Shown: one piece after another, positions 24,011 through 36,654 of the stretch
How the letters are laid out: the number at the start of each line of letters is the position of its first letter
How positions within the stretch are numbered: position 1 is the first letter of the stretch
Assembly (NCBI GenBank): GCA_016906335.1
Contig: JADEYG010000015.1
Span: forward strand, 124,001-188,000
DNA: 64,000 nucleotides
Direction of reading: 5' to 3'
DNA from: Novakomyces olei
Lineage: Eukaryota
Notes under the pieces: generated by a model
The model's database searches: none
Told to the model about the DNA's origin: nothing
What the model saw: the letters and a program-made list of their open reading frames with translations, nothing else
Translations under genes and position numbers: made by a program

Positions 24011-24620
24011 GTATAAGGCATTATTTAATATTAATAGGGCAATGTATTGATGATTTAATAATATGCTCGTCGATTTACGAGTCGCGGAGAAGAATTTTAA
24101 AATCAGTTTCCCTATCAGCGATCTGCTTCATTTCTCGTCGTATACTTTCCAAAGTTTCTTGTTAAACAACAAAGGATTTTTACTTGCTGTTGTAGAATGT
24201 TTAAGAGGAATGAATGGTGCTGGGTGTCGCGGGTTCATTTCTTTGCAGAGTTTTAAATACATTTTACCGTTATCGTCGTCCATTTTCCCCATTCATTTTT
24301 GCCTCCAAATGGATTTCATTTAGCAATCGTAAAACGTTTGCTTCACGCCTCAGACGGGCCATGATCGTCTTGATTATTACGTAATAAGAAATTACGTAAT
24401 AGATATAATAAATAGACGGGGCCCGTCTATATATTGGGAACAGGCGCATGTTTCCACCTGCTGTTATTCTAATTTGGCTCGGGTCCGATCTGTTCGACAC
24501 TTGTACCATCACATTATATTAGATGGCAAATACGTGACTAGCAGAACGGGTTTATGTGTTGTAGAGTATTATATTATTATGAGAGGGCACATTGAATTTT
24601 ATTTCGCCCACAGGTTCCGA

Positions 24621-24949
24621 TTACATGATGACTTCACCAACTACACCTCGTTTGATCTCTTTATGTGGCAAAACTATGCAATTCTGTAACCGTACTTCGT
24701 CGCCAATGATAACATCAGAAGCACAAACAGTAATGCTCTGTACTCTTGCTCCATTTCGCATAACCGTCATATTATGCTGAGTGGGAAGAGTAGGCGTGCC
24801 CTCAACTCGTGCCCAGGCTCCAACTTTACACTTTGATGCGATAATGGAGTGTAGGATGCAAGCATGGTCCTGTAGAGAGTTAGATACACATATGCAATTT
24901 TTGGCTAATTGTCTTGAAAATTTGTGAGAGTCAATGAATGAAAAAAAGG

Positions 24950-24986
<37 letters not shown>

Positions 24987-26366
24987 AAATCCTCAATATA
25001 AAAATCAGGACTAGTTTTCGTTCTCGACGTAATTCCAGTTTTTAATTTCACGTCATATGATTTTTCATTTCAATTTTTTTAATCTTAACTTACCTGAATC
25101 TGCGTTTCATCTAGCACAATTGAATCTTTAATGCGGACACCGTCTCCAATACGGGAATAGGCACCAATAGATACAAAAGGCCCCAGTTTAGCTGTAGGAC
25201 TAACTTGAGCCGTTGGATGCACGTATACAGGCCCGACAATTTCTGGCCCAGCATTACTCGTCTGCAAGACATCGGGCTCGCCTCGTTGAAGAGCTTGCTG
25301 CAAGTACAGGCCGTTTGCTGGAACTGCACTGCCGGCGGTCTTTATTTGACGCCAAAATTCCGTAGTTTCATAGACGAAAAGCTTATGTTCTTGTTCTTGT
25401 GAAAGCAGAGCAATTACATCCTGCTCTAAACGAATCCTGTCATCCGCAGTAGCACCTGCTTCATATTGCTGCTGCTGTAATTGTTGTGCAGATTTCTTTG
25501 CACGCTGCTCCTTAATACAAGCAAAAATACTTGCCGGCTCAAACACGTAAACTCCGCAGGAAATGAGATCGGACACGTATGACTCTGGCTTTTCCACGTA
25601 ATGAACAACAGCACTATCCTGATTGGCCACAATACATCCAAAATTGGGAGCTGCCTCACGTGACACTTTGGTGCCGAGAATAGTAGCAGCTGCGTGTTTC
25701 GTGTCATGTAGATCGCGCAATTGCCGTAGCGGGAACGAGCAGCATACGTCAGCATGCATTACAATAAGATGCTCCGGGTTCGATTTTAGTAGAGCGTCCC
25801 GAAAAAGGTAAAGGCCGCCGGCTGTTCCTAAGCTCTGGTACTCGCGCAGGTAGCTGAGCGTTAATACAGAATTAAAATAAAACAAAAAAATGTGATAAAA
25901 GTGATAAAAATAGCAAAATAACAAAATAATAAAATAAAATAGAGTTAAAGCATATATAGAATAAGTAGACAATTCTTGGGCAATAAATCGTCAATGCAAA
26001 CGGCCAGTCGCAGCTTTGGCAAACAAAAATTATCGAACAAGCACAAATTAGAATCAGTCTAGGGCGTACCGAAAATGCATTGGCTGAAACTCGTCAGCTA
26101 TGCTTTTCAAAAAGTCGCGAAACACATAGTCCTCGTAGAATCCGATAAGAAACACGTCACGCACGGAACCAAGTTCTTTGAGCGCACGAATTTGATGGTA
26201 AATCATTGGTTTCGCCGCGATCGGGAACAGGGGCTTTCTTTAGTAAAAATTGATCAATTCGAGTGCAAAAAGCGCGTACCTTTGGCATATCAAGGGACAG
26301 CGGACGGAACCGTGTACCACGAGACGGTCCGCCCACTAAAATAACAGCGCAGTCTGTGGAGGACAT
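24621..26366 (-). CDS. Mannose-1-phosphate guanylyltransferase alpha-like (GMPPA/Mpg2); introns 26279-26234, 26069-25854, 25093-24870
   Basis: AVILVGGPSRGTRFRPLSLDMPK|PLFPIA, YLREYQSLGTAGGLYLFRD, HADVCCSFPL, HYVEKPES, FWRQIKTAGSAVPAN, NCIVLPHKE. Confidence 0.92.
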
Positions 26367-27298
26367 TGTTCTTGGATCAATTGGTTCGCGGTACACGTTA
26401 GTGAGTCGTGGCTGTTCGCGTCGTTTGTAACGGGTTTGACTATGATATTAGTATATATATATTTATTGTAAGAATTACGGCAGAGCGTGTAGTATTGCAC
26501 GGCTACGCAGGATTAACGTCGTATAATAAATATCGAGAGTTGCTTATTATACGATTTTTGAAAATAGTACTTTCTGTTTATCCAACGTGCTTATTTCACA
26601 TGTAATATTGCAAGCTTTATCACGGATCAAGTAAGCAAGTAACGCTGATATTCTGAGAAGCTGTCGGTTGCGGAGCTTCAATCGGCTCTGACGACAGAGG
26701 CGCCTAAATATGCCTCCGTGGAAGAACGGAGATGCCTGTATTCCTTAAATTCAGTCACCGGTACCTTTGAATTGTACATTGACCGTTTATGGTTCTGTTC
26801 TTATCGTTTTTGCAGTCTTTGGCCGTTCAAGAAGCGCTTATCATTGCCACAAGGAAACGCTGGTCGATTGGGCGGACGCTCTTTCAAACGATCGAACCTC
26901 CGCGTTGAAGGAAACAGAAGGAAACATACGGAACTTGCATGACTCAGAAACTAAAATAACAATAACATTATCCTGCGACACTAACTCCCGTTGAGAAGAC
27001 TCTCAAGACGCACTGCTCGTCTCTTTGTTTACCTTTTTATCTGTTTTGTTGATTTGTGGATCCGACGTGTCCATATAATCCTGCAGCCTGATTCCTCCAT
27101 ATAGTTTCTATTGCAGGCGTATGATACGGCCTTGATTTAACGGGAATATTATCGCTGCTGATACGCTCAATTTTGGGTTTCCAAGTCTACATTACGGCCA
27201 CGGATATCCTATTTTAATAGCCAAGCAGCAGAATAAAAGGCAGAAGAGCAAAAGGCAGCAGATACACTGTGCGGACACGGCTTTGCCAATTTGCCCCA

Positions 27299-28141
27299 AT
27301 GGCTTTGGCGCATATTTCTTCACTGTTTATTTCGGTGGCAGCTGTGGTTGTCTGTGGGATTATTATGGCTTTTGTGGCAGTCACGGCTTACATTGTGCTA
27401 TACAACACAATTATACCCGCACCCTTGTGGCAGGCGCCGCTACTCTTTGACTTTGCCGCTGCCAATTTGCTTCCGACTGCTTCTGTGGCGATTGAGCAGC
27501 GGAGGTTAATGGCTGGTCAAGCGTATGATGTTTTGGTGAGACTAGTACTGCCTGCAACGGCTCAAAACTATGATCTCGGCAATTTCATGGTCCGTCTCGG
27601 CCTGGAAGCAGCCGATCACAAAACCATTAAAAGCGTGGCTGTGCCCACATGCCTCAAGTATTCTTCACAGATGCTTCAGACTGTTAGAACACTCATGGCC
27701 CTTCCATTCTATCTGCTGCGAGTATTTGATGAAACACAGGAACTCCAAGTGCAAATGTTACAGGGCTACAAAATAAGGAACCTTGCCACCGGCGTCCATG
27801 GGTTGACTATGCCGAGTTATGCGACAGTGGCACTTTCAGCGCCAAACATTATCGTGTACAGCGGTGAAATACGGTTTATTGCAAAACTGACAGGGTTCCG
27901 GTACTTTATGGTAGCATACAAGCTCACATCTTTTGTACTGTTTGCCTCTGTCTTTTGGGCTGCGGCCATGGGAGCATGCTTCTTTTTATTTGCAATTTCT
28001 TTTATTTTTTTCAGGCAAAAAAAGAAAGCAGCCCCACACTTGCGAGCTTTACCAGGTCCGTCACAGACGGGTAGTCGGAAACGGATTGAACAACCGCGGC
28101 GCAAGGTAATAGCAAACAGTAATGCAATTAAAAAGGAGTAG
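27299..28141 (+). CDS. SEI1: Seipin (lipid-droplet biogenesis protein)
   Basis: Two hydrophobic helices flanking a luminal domain with QAYDVLVRLVLP...NYDLGNFMVRL and FIAKLTGFRYFM. Confidence 0.88.
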   Translation: MALAHISSLFISVAAVVVCGIIMAFVAVTAYIVLYNTIIPAPLWQAPLLFDFAAANLLPTASVAIEQRRLMAGQAYDVLVRLVLPATAQNYDLGNFMVRLGLEAADHKTIKSVAVPTCLKYSSQMLQTVRTLMALPFYLLRVFDETQELQVQMLQGYKIRNLATGVHGLTMPSYATVALSAPNIIVYSGEIRFIAKLTGFRYFMVAYKLTSFVLFASVFWAAAMGACFFLFAISFIFFRQKKKAAPHLRALPGPSQTGSRKRIEQPRRKVIANSNAIKKE

Positions 28142-28235
28142 CAATAGCAAATTAAAGTCTTTTTAAAAAGCAGCCCGTAAAAACTAGCATTTACAGTAGA
28201 AAAGAAAAAGGGTTTCAGCCCTAGCGACTATCGTT

Positions 28236-29301
28236 TCAAGCGTCCTGTAGCTGTGATTGGCTTGTATCAGGCGCAGCTTCAGAATTAGCTGCCATCTGCC
28301 ATGCAGGTATACCACCACCAGAATTCAAGTCGAACGCTAGCGACCGAGACCGCGGCGCAGGGTTTTCAGTCTTGAGGGTAGAATTTGTAGAATTGTCTTT
28401 ACTGGTTCCAGGCTTGTCCTTATTATTCGCCGACGTTTCCACGTCCCTCGCGTCTGACTGCCGGGACGAAATCAGGGTTTTCAGCGATTTTAATTCTTCC
28501 TGCAAGTCTGACAGCACGCTGGTCTGGTCCGCCTTGTAGTCTTCCAGTGACCGCGGCAAAACGTCGAGGCGTAAACTCTCTACGTCCTTCGTCGCTCGCT
28601 GCAGGTCAATGTCTCGTTTTTCTGTATTTGCCTTTATTTCTTGGATCACCCCGTCGAGCCGCGAGACTACCGCCCCAACCTCGTCCGACTGCTTTTGCTG
28701 GTTTGCCTTTAATTCGTCTGTTTCGCTAGATATTTGCTCCAGCAGAGCCTTTGCTTTGGATATTTCCTCTGCCAACTCGGCCTTGTCCCGTTCTAACGCG
28801 CCTGGCGTCGGCGGTACTAACAGAGGCAGTATATACCTCTATATCCTTTAGTCGCGGCAACAACAAATATACAGATAAAAGCATAAAGCATAAAGATAAA
28901 AGCATAAAGCATAAAGATAAAAGCATAAAGCATAAAGATAAAAGCATAAAGCATAAAGATAAAAGCATAAAAGTAGCACGTACCTTTCCCAAAGAATAGA
29001 CCGCGTAAGAAAAGCCGCCACTGACGACTGCCATAATAAACCAATCCCGCCAATCGCGTTCTGGAACCGGCGGAGCCGTTTGATGGCCATAAGCATAGGA
29101 TATATGCTGAGGCTCTGCCGTTCGTTCAGGCAATGGGCCTATTGCTTCGGCATCCGCAAGAGCCTTTTGTACCTCGGCACTTGTTAAGCCTTTAGACTGT
29201 AGAAACGAAACCTTCTTGTCCAGCGGCGCATCTTTGACAGACGGATCGCGGAGAAACGTTACGGCCGAAGCGATCAAGTTTTGTCGTACTGCATCCGACA
29301 T
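28236..29301 (-). CDS. PEX14: Peroxisomal docking protein; intron 28983-28839
   Basis: RQNLIASAVTFLRDPSV..KKVSFLQSKGLT, RDWRDWFIMAVV, K|RYILPLLVPPTP, coiled coil, ELKSLKTLI, IPAWQMA. Confidence 0.95.
28873..28970. repeat. 21-bp tandem repeat x~4.7 (agataaaagcataaagcataa) in the PEX14 intron
   Basis: Units start at 28873, 28894, 28915, 28936 and 28957. Confidence 0.92.
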
Positions 29302-29514
29302 TGCAGATGCTACGGGCGCGATTGGGGTATATAATGCGTATTATATTAAGTGCATATTAATATATACTCTGGAGTATATGGGCACGGGGCCCGTCTGTAT
29401 TTCCGTTTGGGTAGGTGAAAGAAGAGTAGAAGAAATGGGTCGAGATCCATTGATTGACAAGAGCAATGTGCGCCGCCTTTTGTGCCTGTACTACAGCTAC
29501 CAGTCGACTATTCT

Positions 29515-29640
29515 ATGATTTATTCATCAAATTATACTCGATTTGCTCATCGAGTTGTTTATCGATATATTCTACGATTTATTCTGTGATTTATCATCGA
29601 TTAATTATCGATTAATCATCGATTTATCATCGATTTGTCA
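29515..29640. repeat. Degenerate 11-12-bp minisatellite (tttatcatcga) between MAM3 and PEX14
   Basis: Repeated ttatcatcgat / ttaattatcgat units rich in ATCGAT. Confidence 0.7.
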
Positions 29641-29758
29641 ACAAGTTGATATTCTTGATCAAACCCGTATGGAGTTGATCTATTAGCCAAGCTTTAAACT
29701 ATGCATAAACACCTAATATATCACCGAGATGTTGGGTGAGCGTGTACAAAACTCAAGC

Positions 29759-31780
29759 TTACTTGCGCTTCTTTTTACTCTTGCCATTTGAAGTCTTGCC
29801 ATTTGAAGTCCGTACGGAGGATTTGGATGATTTGGAAGCGGAAACGTCTCCACTGCTTTTGGCCGATGATCCACTGCTCCGTGCAGAACCATTCCCGCCA
29901 CTGCCATTGTCCCCATCGTTGGGCGTAACGTGATCTGCTTCGACTACAATTTTTCGTACTCCATCACGGAAGGTAACCGTCTCCTGAATCGAGCCAATAC
30001 GGAAATGCCGGGGCCTGTTCTCGCCGTCCTCTTCTACTTCTTCTTCGCCGTCTCCCCCAGCTTTATCCGGCCCGTCTTTGTGTCCAGCACCTTCGCTCGT
30101 ATCCCGACTATTCAAATGCGACCGAGTGGCTTCATTGGCGGCTAAAGCGCTTGCCTCGTCCGCATGAACATCGACCAGTAGAGGCTCACTCGGCTCTCCG
30201 TCCGGTGCCTCATTATGCCCAGCAGAGTGATTGTGAGCAGCAGCGGGTTCCGTGCCCGGTTTTTGAGGCGCGTTCTTGATTTTTACTTTAGCACTACTCA
30301 AAGTAACAGGGTGAGCAGCCTGGTTCCTCGGGTTCAGGATAGGTGCACGAATAAGAGGCGTAGACTCGTCTGCGGCAGAAGCTGAAACTGCTGCGCCACT
30401 CGCACCTTCATGTCCGGCAGAGCCAACTGCCTTCCGCTTCCATGTACTGTAAGAGTTCTTTCTCGTCGGCTGAGCACGAGCATTGTGAGGGATCCGTTTC
30501 CACCCAAAAGGTGTCGGGTTTAGTCGGCGAAGTCCCTTGTGGACGTCGATAAAAACATCAGTTTCGTCAATAATCTCCTCTCCGATCAGCTCTTCAATAA
30601 CGTCTTCCAGTGTGACTACACCAATTGCGCCATGATCTTCTCCCGGGCACGTGCTAACAAGCACCATATGGCTTTTGCCCTGCTGGAAAAAATTGAGAAT
30701 ATCCAAGCAGGAAACGTCCGGGCTCGTTTCCGGCAGTGTTGCGAGTGAGAAATTACTTACTGGCTCATCGTCCTCCGGATCATACGTAATCAGCATCTTC
30801 ACCAACAGCATGCCAACAAAATCGTGGGGCCTTCCCGGTTGATGGATCGGAATCCGGGAATAGCCTTCCGACATTATTTCGTTCATTGCCGCCTCATCCA
30901 GTTTTTGGTCGAGCGACATTGTGTACACATCCTCAATTGGGGTCATGATAGACGCAACGCTTTTCTCCTTTAAATCAAGCACTGCTGATATAATAGTTAC
31001 CTCGTCCTTGTCCAGCTTGTCTGCTCCAATTTCATGGTGCAATGCGACCAGCGTCTTGAGCCCCGTCCGCTTATACACAGTGCCCTCGTCGTGGCCGAGG
31101 ACCCAGTCGAGAAGCAGAGCAGTTGGGTAAGCGACAGGGTACAGGGCATACATTAGCGCGAGAACAACAGGCGAAAGTCTAGCTCCGATAGCCAGCCCGT
31201 AACGGACGCACGTTGCCTGTGGAATAATCTCACCAAATATTACAATAGCAACCGATGAAATGACAATTGCCGGCCAACCGCCACCGAGTAGGGAATCAAA
31301 GACGATAGGCAGAGTCTCGTTTACAATAACATTGCTAATAAGTAGCGTTATAAGCAGCCAATGCTTCCCACGCTGAAGCAGTCGCAGTACCTGAGAAGCA
31401 TACATTCGCTCCTTGGCATCGCCCGACTGAGCAAGGACCTGTAAAAAAATTTGGTCCTGTCCCATAAGGCCAATAGTCAGTCCCGCACACAGACCTCCAG
31501 ATAAAATGAGCAGAGCCGAGATTGCCAACTTCCACCAAAAAACGGGAGACTGAGGCGGCTCAGCGAGCTCGAGCGGGTAAAGGACGGCTGTGCCTGTGCC
31601 CGTGCTCGCTCCCAATATTGGCGAAGTAGGATCGAGATCAGGGAACTGCTGCGTGTATGATCTCACCGAGACCGGTAACGAACGGACCAGTCTGATAAGG
31701 CCGCTAAGCGCAACAAACAGCAACTTGTACTGTCCCACATATTGCCGCCGACCGGTTGTGCTCTCCGGCAACGCGCGCAT
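29759..31780 (-). CDS. MAM3: CNNM/Mam3 DUF21 + CBS-pair Mg2+ transporter
   Basis: [81 protein letters not shown]; first in-frame ATG taken at 31780. Confidence 0.92.
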   Translation of the reverse strand: MRALPESTTGRRQYVGQYKLLFVALSGLIRLVRSLPVSVRSYTQQFPDLDPTSPILGASTGTGTAVLYPLELAEPPQSPVFWWKLAISALLILSGGLCAGLTIGLMGQDQIFLQVLAQSGDAKERMYASQVLRLLQRGKHWLLITLLISNVIVNETLPIVFDSLLGGGWPAIVISSVAIVIFGEIIPQATCVRYGLAIGARLSPVVLALMYALYPVAYPTALLLDWVLGHDEGTVYKRTGLKTLVALHHEIGADKLDKDEVTIISAVLDLKEKSVASIMTPIEDVYTMSLDQKLDEAAMNEIMSEGYSRIPIHQPGRPHDFVGMLLVKMLITYDPEDDEPVSNFSLATLPETSPDVSCLDILNFFQQGKSHMVLVSTCPGEDHGAIGVVTLEDVIEELIGEEIIDETDVFIDVHKGLRRLNPTPFGWKRIPHNARAQPTRKNSYSTWKRKAVGSAGHEGASGAAVSASAADESTPLIRAPILNPRNQAAHPVTLSSAKVKIKNAPQKPGTEPAAAHNHSAGHNEAPDGEPSEPLLVDVHADEASALAANEATRSHLNSRDTSEGAGHKDGPDKAGGDGEEEVEEDGENRPRHFRIGSIQETVTFRDGVRKIVVEADHVTPNDGDNGSGGNGSARSSGSSAKSSGDVSASKSSKSSVRTSNGKTSNGKSKKKRK

Positions 31781-32236
31781 AAACAATCCGCTTTTGCCGT
31801 GATTCCTGTGCTTTGCTCGGTGCAAGCTCTCTACTATATAGAAAATTAGGAAAATATTGTAGGTTATTTCCCAAGAATGATCGTCCAGCGTGGAAAATCG
31901 TCGGATTGGCTTCACGATTACTTAGTAGCGTGCAGTTATCCCCACGCTGTCAAAAACGAGCTGCGCTAGATCTGATAAGTGATTGGTTAGATAGTCAAGT
32001 AACGTAAACTTTAAGCTATCCGAACCTCTGCCATCCAAACCTCTGTGCCAATGAGTATATATATGAAGAAGAAAAATGTGTGTGGATAAAGTACAAAGTC
32101 TGAATCTTGCAAGTCTAGCACTGCAAGTTTAGCATGCTGGCTGACCCTAAAGCTTGGATATTGGCAATTTGAGCAGTCTATCATAATTCATTATTAGCAT
32201 AATATCAACTATAAAATACATCCTTAAATCCCACGA

Positions 32237-34258
32237 CTAGTATAATGCATTCTCCTCCGCAAAACAAATATTGTGAAAATCAGCCCGCTCATTCCTATCA
32301 CTTAAAGCTGCAATAAAATGATCAAATGCACACCATCCATCTTCACGAGTTACGCACTCGTCATACGACAAGTGCAGAGGCAAAGTTCGATCGTTCAAAG
32401 TCATGTGCACGTACTTGCCTTCGCCCTCACATTCAATAATCTCTGTCACTAATCGCGCAGCAAAAGGAACGACATTGGACGTGCGAAAAGCCCGGCTTTC
32501 ACTTGCAATGCTGTCAGAGCCCATTTCGCTACGAAACTGCTGAAGATTAAGAGCTGTGGTATTTAGCAAACAATTGTTACATGAGAAAAACAGAGGAAAA
32601 GAGAGAATGAGCAAATAGTGTTATTATATTAAAATAAGCACAAAAACAGAGGAAAAGAGAGAATGAGCAAAAAGTGTTATTATATTAAAATAAGCACCAT
32701 AAAACTCAACTTACCAGATAAAACTGCGGTAATAGTCGTATCGTGAGTGAAATCAAGATAGAGCGACTGGTCGAGCGGAAACAAGATAGGATTCGTGTCC
32801 AAAGTCGCTGCTTGTTAGATTTAAATAAGAACTCGAAAATTCGCAAAAGACGGTATAAAAGCAAATACAATTTTGTCGAAAGTAAAGTAAAACAAGGACT
32901 ATTCTTGATTGATCTTGTTGCTCATAAATAGATAACAAAACAATATAGTTAAGACAAAACAGTAAAATAAGATAGTTGCATAAAGCAACCACAGTATATA
33001 CATAGCCAATCTCACCATTTTCTGAGGTTTGTGTTGCATAGTCAAAAGGCGTCCGCTGTATACGCCGCATCAGCTCATTAACGTATCCCATCCCCAGAGC
33101 AGGACCAAACGGAGCGCCGAAACTGCTGTCGTAGTAAAAAGTCAAGTCAGACGCGTACTCGAACCCGATCCATTCTTCAGCAGTAAACAAGGGACAAAAC
33201 GCAGAGTAACCCAACGCGTTTTGTTCATAAGGGCACAAAGATTGGGCAATATACGCGTCTGCCGCAGTCCAGTTATGGTCTGGGCTTAACTGCGTAAGCC
33301 GTTTGGCCGCGTTGGACAAGTAACGCTCAACCCATTCGCCTCTGCGTCCGTCTGGTCCGCCTTTGAAGGAATTAGGGCAAGTATAAAAAGGCTCTAGCGT
33401 ATTATTGAACCCAGCGCTTTCCACAATGACCTCCAAGTGCACATGATCGAGAAATTCGAGTCCGAAAAACCCGGCAAGAAAGTACTTTGCCGAGTTTAGC
33501 ATACGTGACTGGCTCGTTGTCCGGGCAACAATACGTTTACCCCTTTCTCCTGGTAAAAGCCCCCCGTGTCGGTAATAAGCAGCTACACCAGAATCAAAGA
33601 GCTGTTCATTCCCCACCGGAGTCAAAATATCCCCACCTAATTCGGTATAATTCCATCCCGCGTTCAAGAACGCGAGTGGTCCCTGAAAACTCTGGAGACT
33701 AATTGCTCCAGCAATTCGGTCCCACAGAGCACGTGAGAGGTGAGAGCCCGACGTAGGATACCGAGCGCCATGTCGGTGTAGATAGTGCGCCTGTCCCACT
33801 TTGCACGTGGGCGGGAGCGAGTACTCCTTTGCTCCCCAGCCGCCAGCAGCTGGAGCGTAAGGCTTTACATTTGCCCAGAAATCGATAGGATGGAAACCCG
33901 TACCCGTACTGTTCGTACTGTTGGCTATAGGGAATACTGTTTCAGCCGGGTTCGGGAGCGCCAGAGTCGCTGACGGCGCTCCAATACCAGTCTGGCCAGG
34001 CACTGGATCTGTCGCGCGTAAAAAGGGAGTATTACCAGTTTGTGTAGGGCCCAGGTACCCCACGCTTGTAGGGAAAAGGCCGGTATTGTACGCTGCTGGA
34101 TCAGTTGCGTTCCCGTCTGGCCCGTGCTTGGGTGCCAGTAAGCAGTAGACTAGCGAAACAATGGTGTTAAATACTGCAGCCAACGGGTTTTCGCTCATAA
34201 TTAGGACTGCACCATTAACCTGTGCCAGGTGGCAGTTGCCTGTCGCATTAAGTGCCAT
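32237..34258 (-). CDS. Histidine acid phosphatase / 3-phytase B-like; introns 33015-32808, 32714-32554
   Basis: RHGARYP catalytic motif; spliced exon ATLDTNPILFPLDQSLYLDFTHD carries the HD motif; VPFAARLVTE. Confidence 0.9.
32586..32697. repeat. 56-bp direct tandem duplication (1 mismatch) in phosphatase intron 2
   Basis: aaaaacagaggaaaagagagaatgagcaaa(t/a)agtgttattatattaaaataagcac at 32586 and 32642. Confidence 0.92.
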
Positions 34259-34832
34259 TGCCAGTCAGAACTGGGCTTTTGCTTGTTTCTTTCAAGCAGC
34301 TTTGGCGCGCTAGCAACTGATAAAAGGAAAGGAAAACTCTGTTGCTTTAACATTCAAGAGAGCGGTCGCGTTGCATTGAGATCAATAAGCTCGTATTTCA
34401 CGGACGAGGGCACGCGAATATTGAATAATGATTTATTGAATAATATATTGAATAATAATATAGAAATATTATTAATTGGTTCAAGTATTCTGGAGTCAAT
34501 TAAATTTAAAACTATTTATTTTTATTTTATTTGATTTTATTTTGTGCCGTAAACGGCAAGTCGTCTTCAAAATTTGCTTCTTCCCTATAAGCTTCTTCCC
34601 TATAACCTACAAAGCACACTCTCTTGCAGACCAATATATTTGCATAATCTATCACGTGCATCGGGCTTCTATGTAACGCTGTGAGTCAGATTTCTAATAA
34701 TAAAAACGGTTCTAATAATAAAAACGAGCGATCTCGCTATATGTCATGAGCGGGATAAGCACAAAACGTGGGGTAGTTGAGTCAAATTACCAAAAGACAT
34801 TGTAAAAGTCTCGCATACCACGACAATAAACT

Positions 34833-35843
34833 ATGGCTGTTCCAGCCGATACACCTCTAACGTTTGCTCTATCTCTACTGGAAAAGGCACGTCAAGAAAT
34901 TCAGGTGTCAAGCGCCGCTCGAGAAGCAGTGGATGAAGCGTGCCGTTTGCTGGAAGGCTTAGACCCGTATCTCAGTCAGCATTCGACACCGCCGACAACC
35001 GAATTGGCTGAGCTTTGTCGCATTACAAGCGACTTTGATTGGGCTGCGTTCAATGATGAGAACAACAGAAAGGTAGGAGGACGATAATGCTATGTGTCAC
35101 GGCTACTAACAAAACTCTTCTTTATATTTATCCATAATTCTACGCTGACCGATGCTTTCTTCTCAATTGCCAAATTTTGTTTGTGGTTCATCCCGCCGCA
35201 CTTGTTTTGTATTTTTTTATTCATCAAATTTATACCATTCGTAGTTAATTATTTCTAATCAAGACAGATCACGTACGCTCCAGGACTAAGCGCGGGCGAG
35301 TTTGAAGGCTCGCTCGTCGCTCATTTTGCCTCTATTACTCAAGCCAAAAGCGCCTTAGAAATCGGAATGTTCACTGCGACAACGACGCTAGCATTATTGC
35401 AGCAATTGGGTCCTATCGGTGGTCACGTGCACACGATCGATATTGACGAGTCATTGGGCAAGTTGGCGCGGAAAAACTTGGAAACTCTCGTTCCGCAGTA
35501 CGCTGATAAGGCTCATATCCATATCGGGCAGGGCTTGCAAATTCTAGACCAATTGGCTTCAGAAAAGTTCGAGTTTGATTTAATCTTTATTGATGCCGAT
35601 AAGCCTGGATACCTCGATTATTACAAGGCAATTATGAGCAAAGGCTTGCTCTCACGACGAGGTGTGATTCTAGCGGACAATACTCTTTATAAAGGCGCAG
35701 TGTACACAAATGTTTCCGCCGCCAACCGCTCAAATGCAGAGGCCATTAAAGCTTTTAATGAGTACGTCGTTAAGGACAAGAGCGTGCGAAGCTCGCTTCT
35801 GCCAGTTCGTGATGGAGTTACTCTGATTTCTCATGCAGAATGA
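34833..35843 (+). CDS. SAM-dependent O-methyltransferase (CCoAOMT/Methyltransf_3 fold), MysB-like; intron 35073-35267
   Basis: TPL..A.RLLEGLDPYL..HSTP, LEIGMFT, FDLIFIDADKPGY, ILADNTL, AIKAFN, LLPVRDGVT. Confidence 0.88.
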
Positions 35844-36346
35844 GTACTCAAATAAGGTCATTGTCCTTGTCTTGTTTTGGGGCCATTGAGAGTAAGCTCT
35901 TGTTGATTCAATTAGTTAGCATCTAAGTCTCTTTTATGTCTGTTTGTCTAGTTGTCTGTTTTTTTCGCTTTTGCTTTCGTATTTGTCATCTACTGTTGTT
36001 CTGCTGTTGCCAATTAAATCCGTCTCAAATACGATTCATGATCAAACACCAATAGGGCAATGTTACTTTGATTGGTTGTAATGTAAATCTTATATCTTAT
36101 CAAGAAGAACATTACAATACTTCAAATAGAGTACTGAGTAGTCCCAACAGAGATTAAAGTGGATGCTTCAAGTCTTTGATGACAATTATGCTCGGCTTTG
36201 TATCATTCAAATAACCAAGAAAAATCTAAGTTCAAGTGTAATCTAATCACTACAAAGTGCTACGCAGGTAAAGAATACCGTATATACTAATCAGCTAATT
36301 TAATGTATGATGCCATGTCTTTGCTTTTCAGGACAGCATGGTGCAT

Positions 36347-36397
36347 TACTTGTAGGTACGTGAACTACTTGTAGGTACGTGCACTACTTGTAGGTAC
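36347..36397. repeat. 19-bp tandem repeat x~2.7 (tacttgtaggtacgtg(a/c)ac) upstream of the CYSTM gene
   Basis: Units start at 36347, 36366 and 36385. Confidence 0.88.
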
Positions 36398-36654
36398 AGC
36401 GCCGCCAATTAACGCTAATCATCAGAAAAATAGCAGTAATCTTACTTGTAAAAGATTCCCATCAGTACCGAATAGTACCAATTTTCGCATGTATTATAGG
36501 ACAATGTGGCTATTTCGACCGATGAGCTTGGTTACTTTCCCACAAGGAATAAAATACAATAAAGGCATAAAGTATAAAAAACCTTGGCACACGTACCAAT
36601 AAACACGGCAGCTTTGGGTACAGAGTGCGAGTTGGGCAGAGAGCGCTACTGAGC

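Noticed and set aside
28751-29096. ORFs with KHKDKSI / MLYAFIF / YALCFYL repeats
   Set aside because: Translations of the 21-bp intronic repeat in PEX14.
36347-36397. Short repeat arrays as possible CRISPR
   Set aside because: Eukaryotic context, head-to-tail units without unique spacers, and no cas genes.
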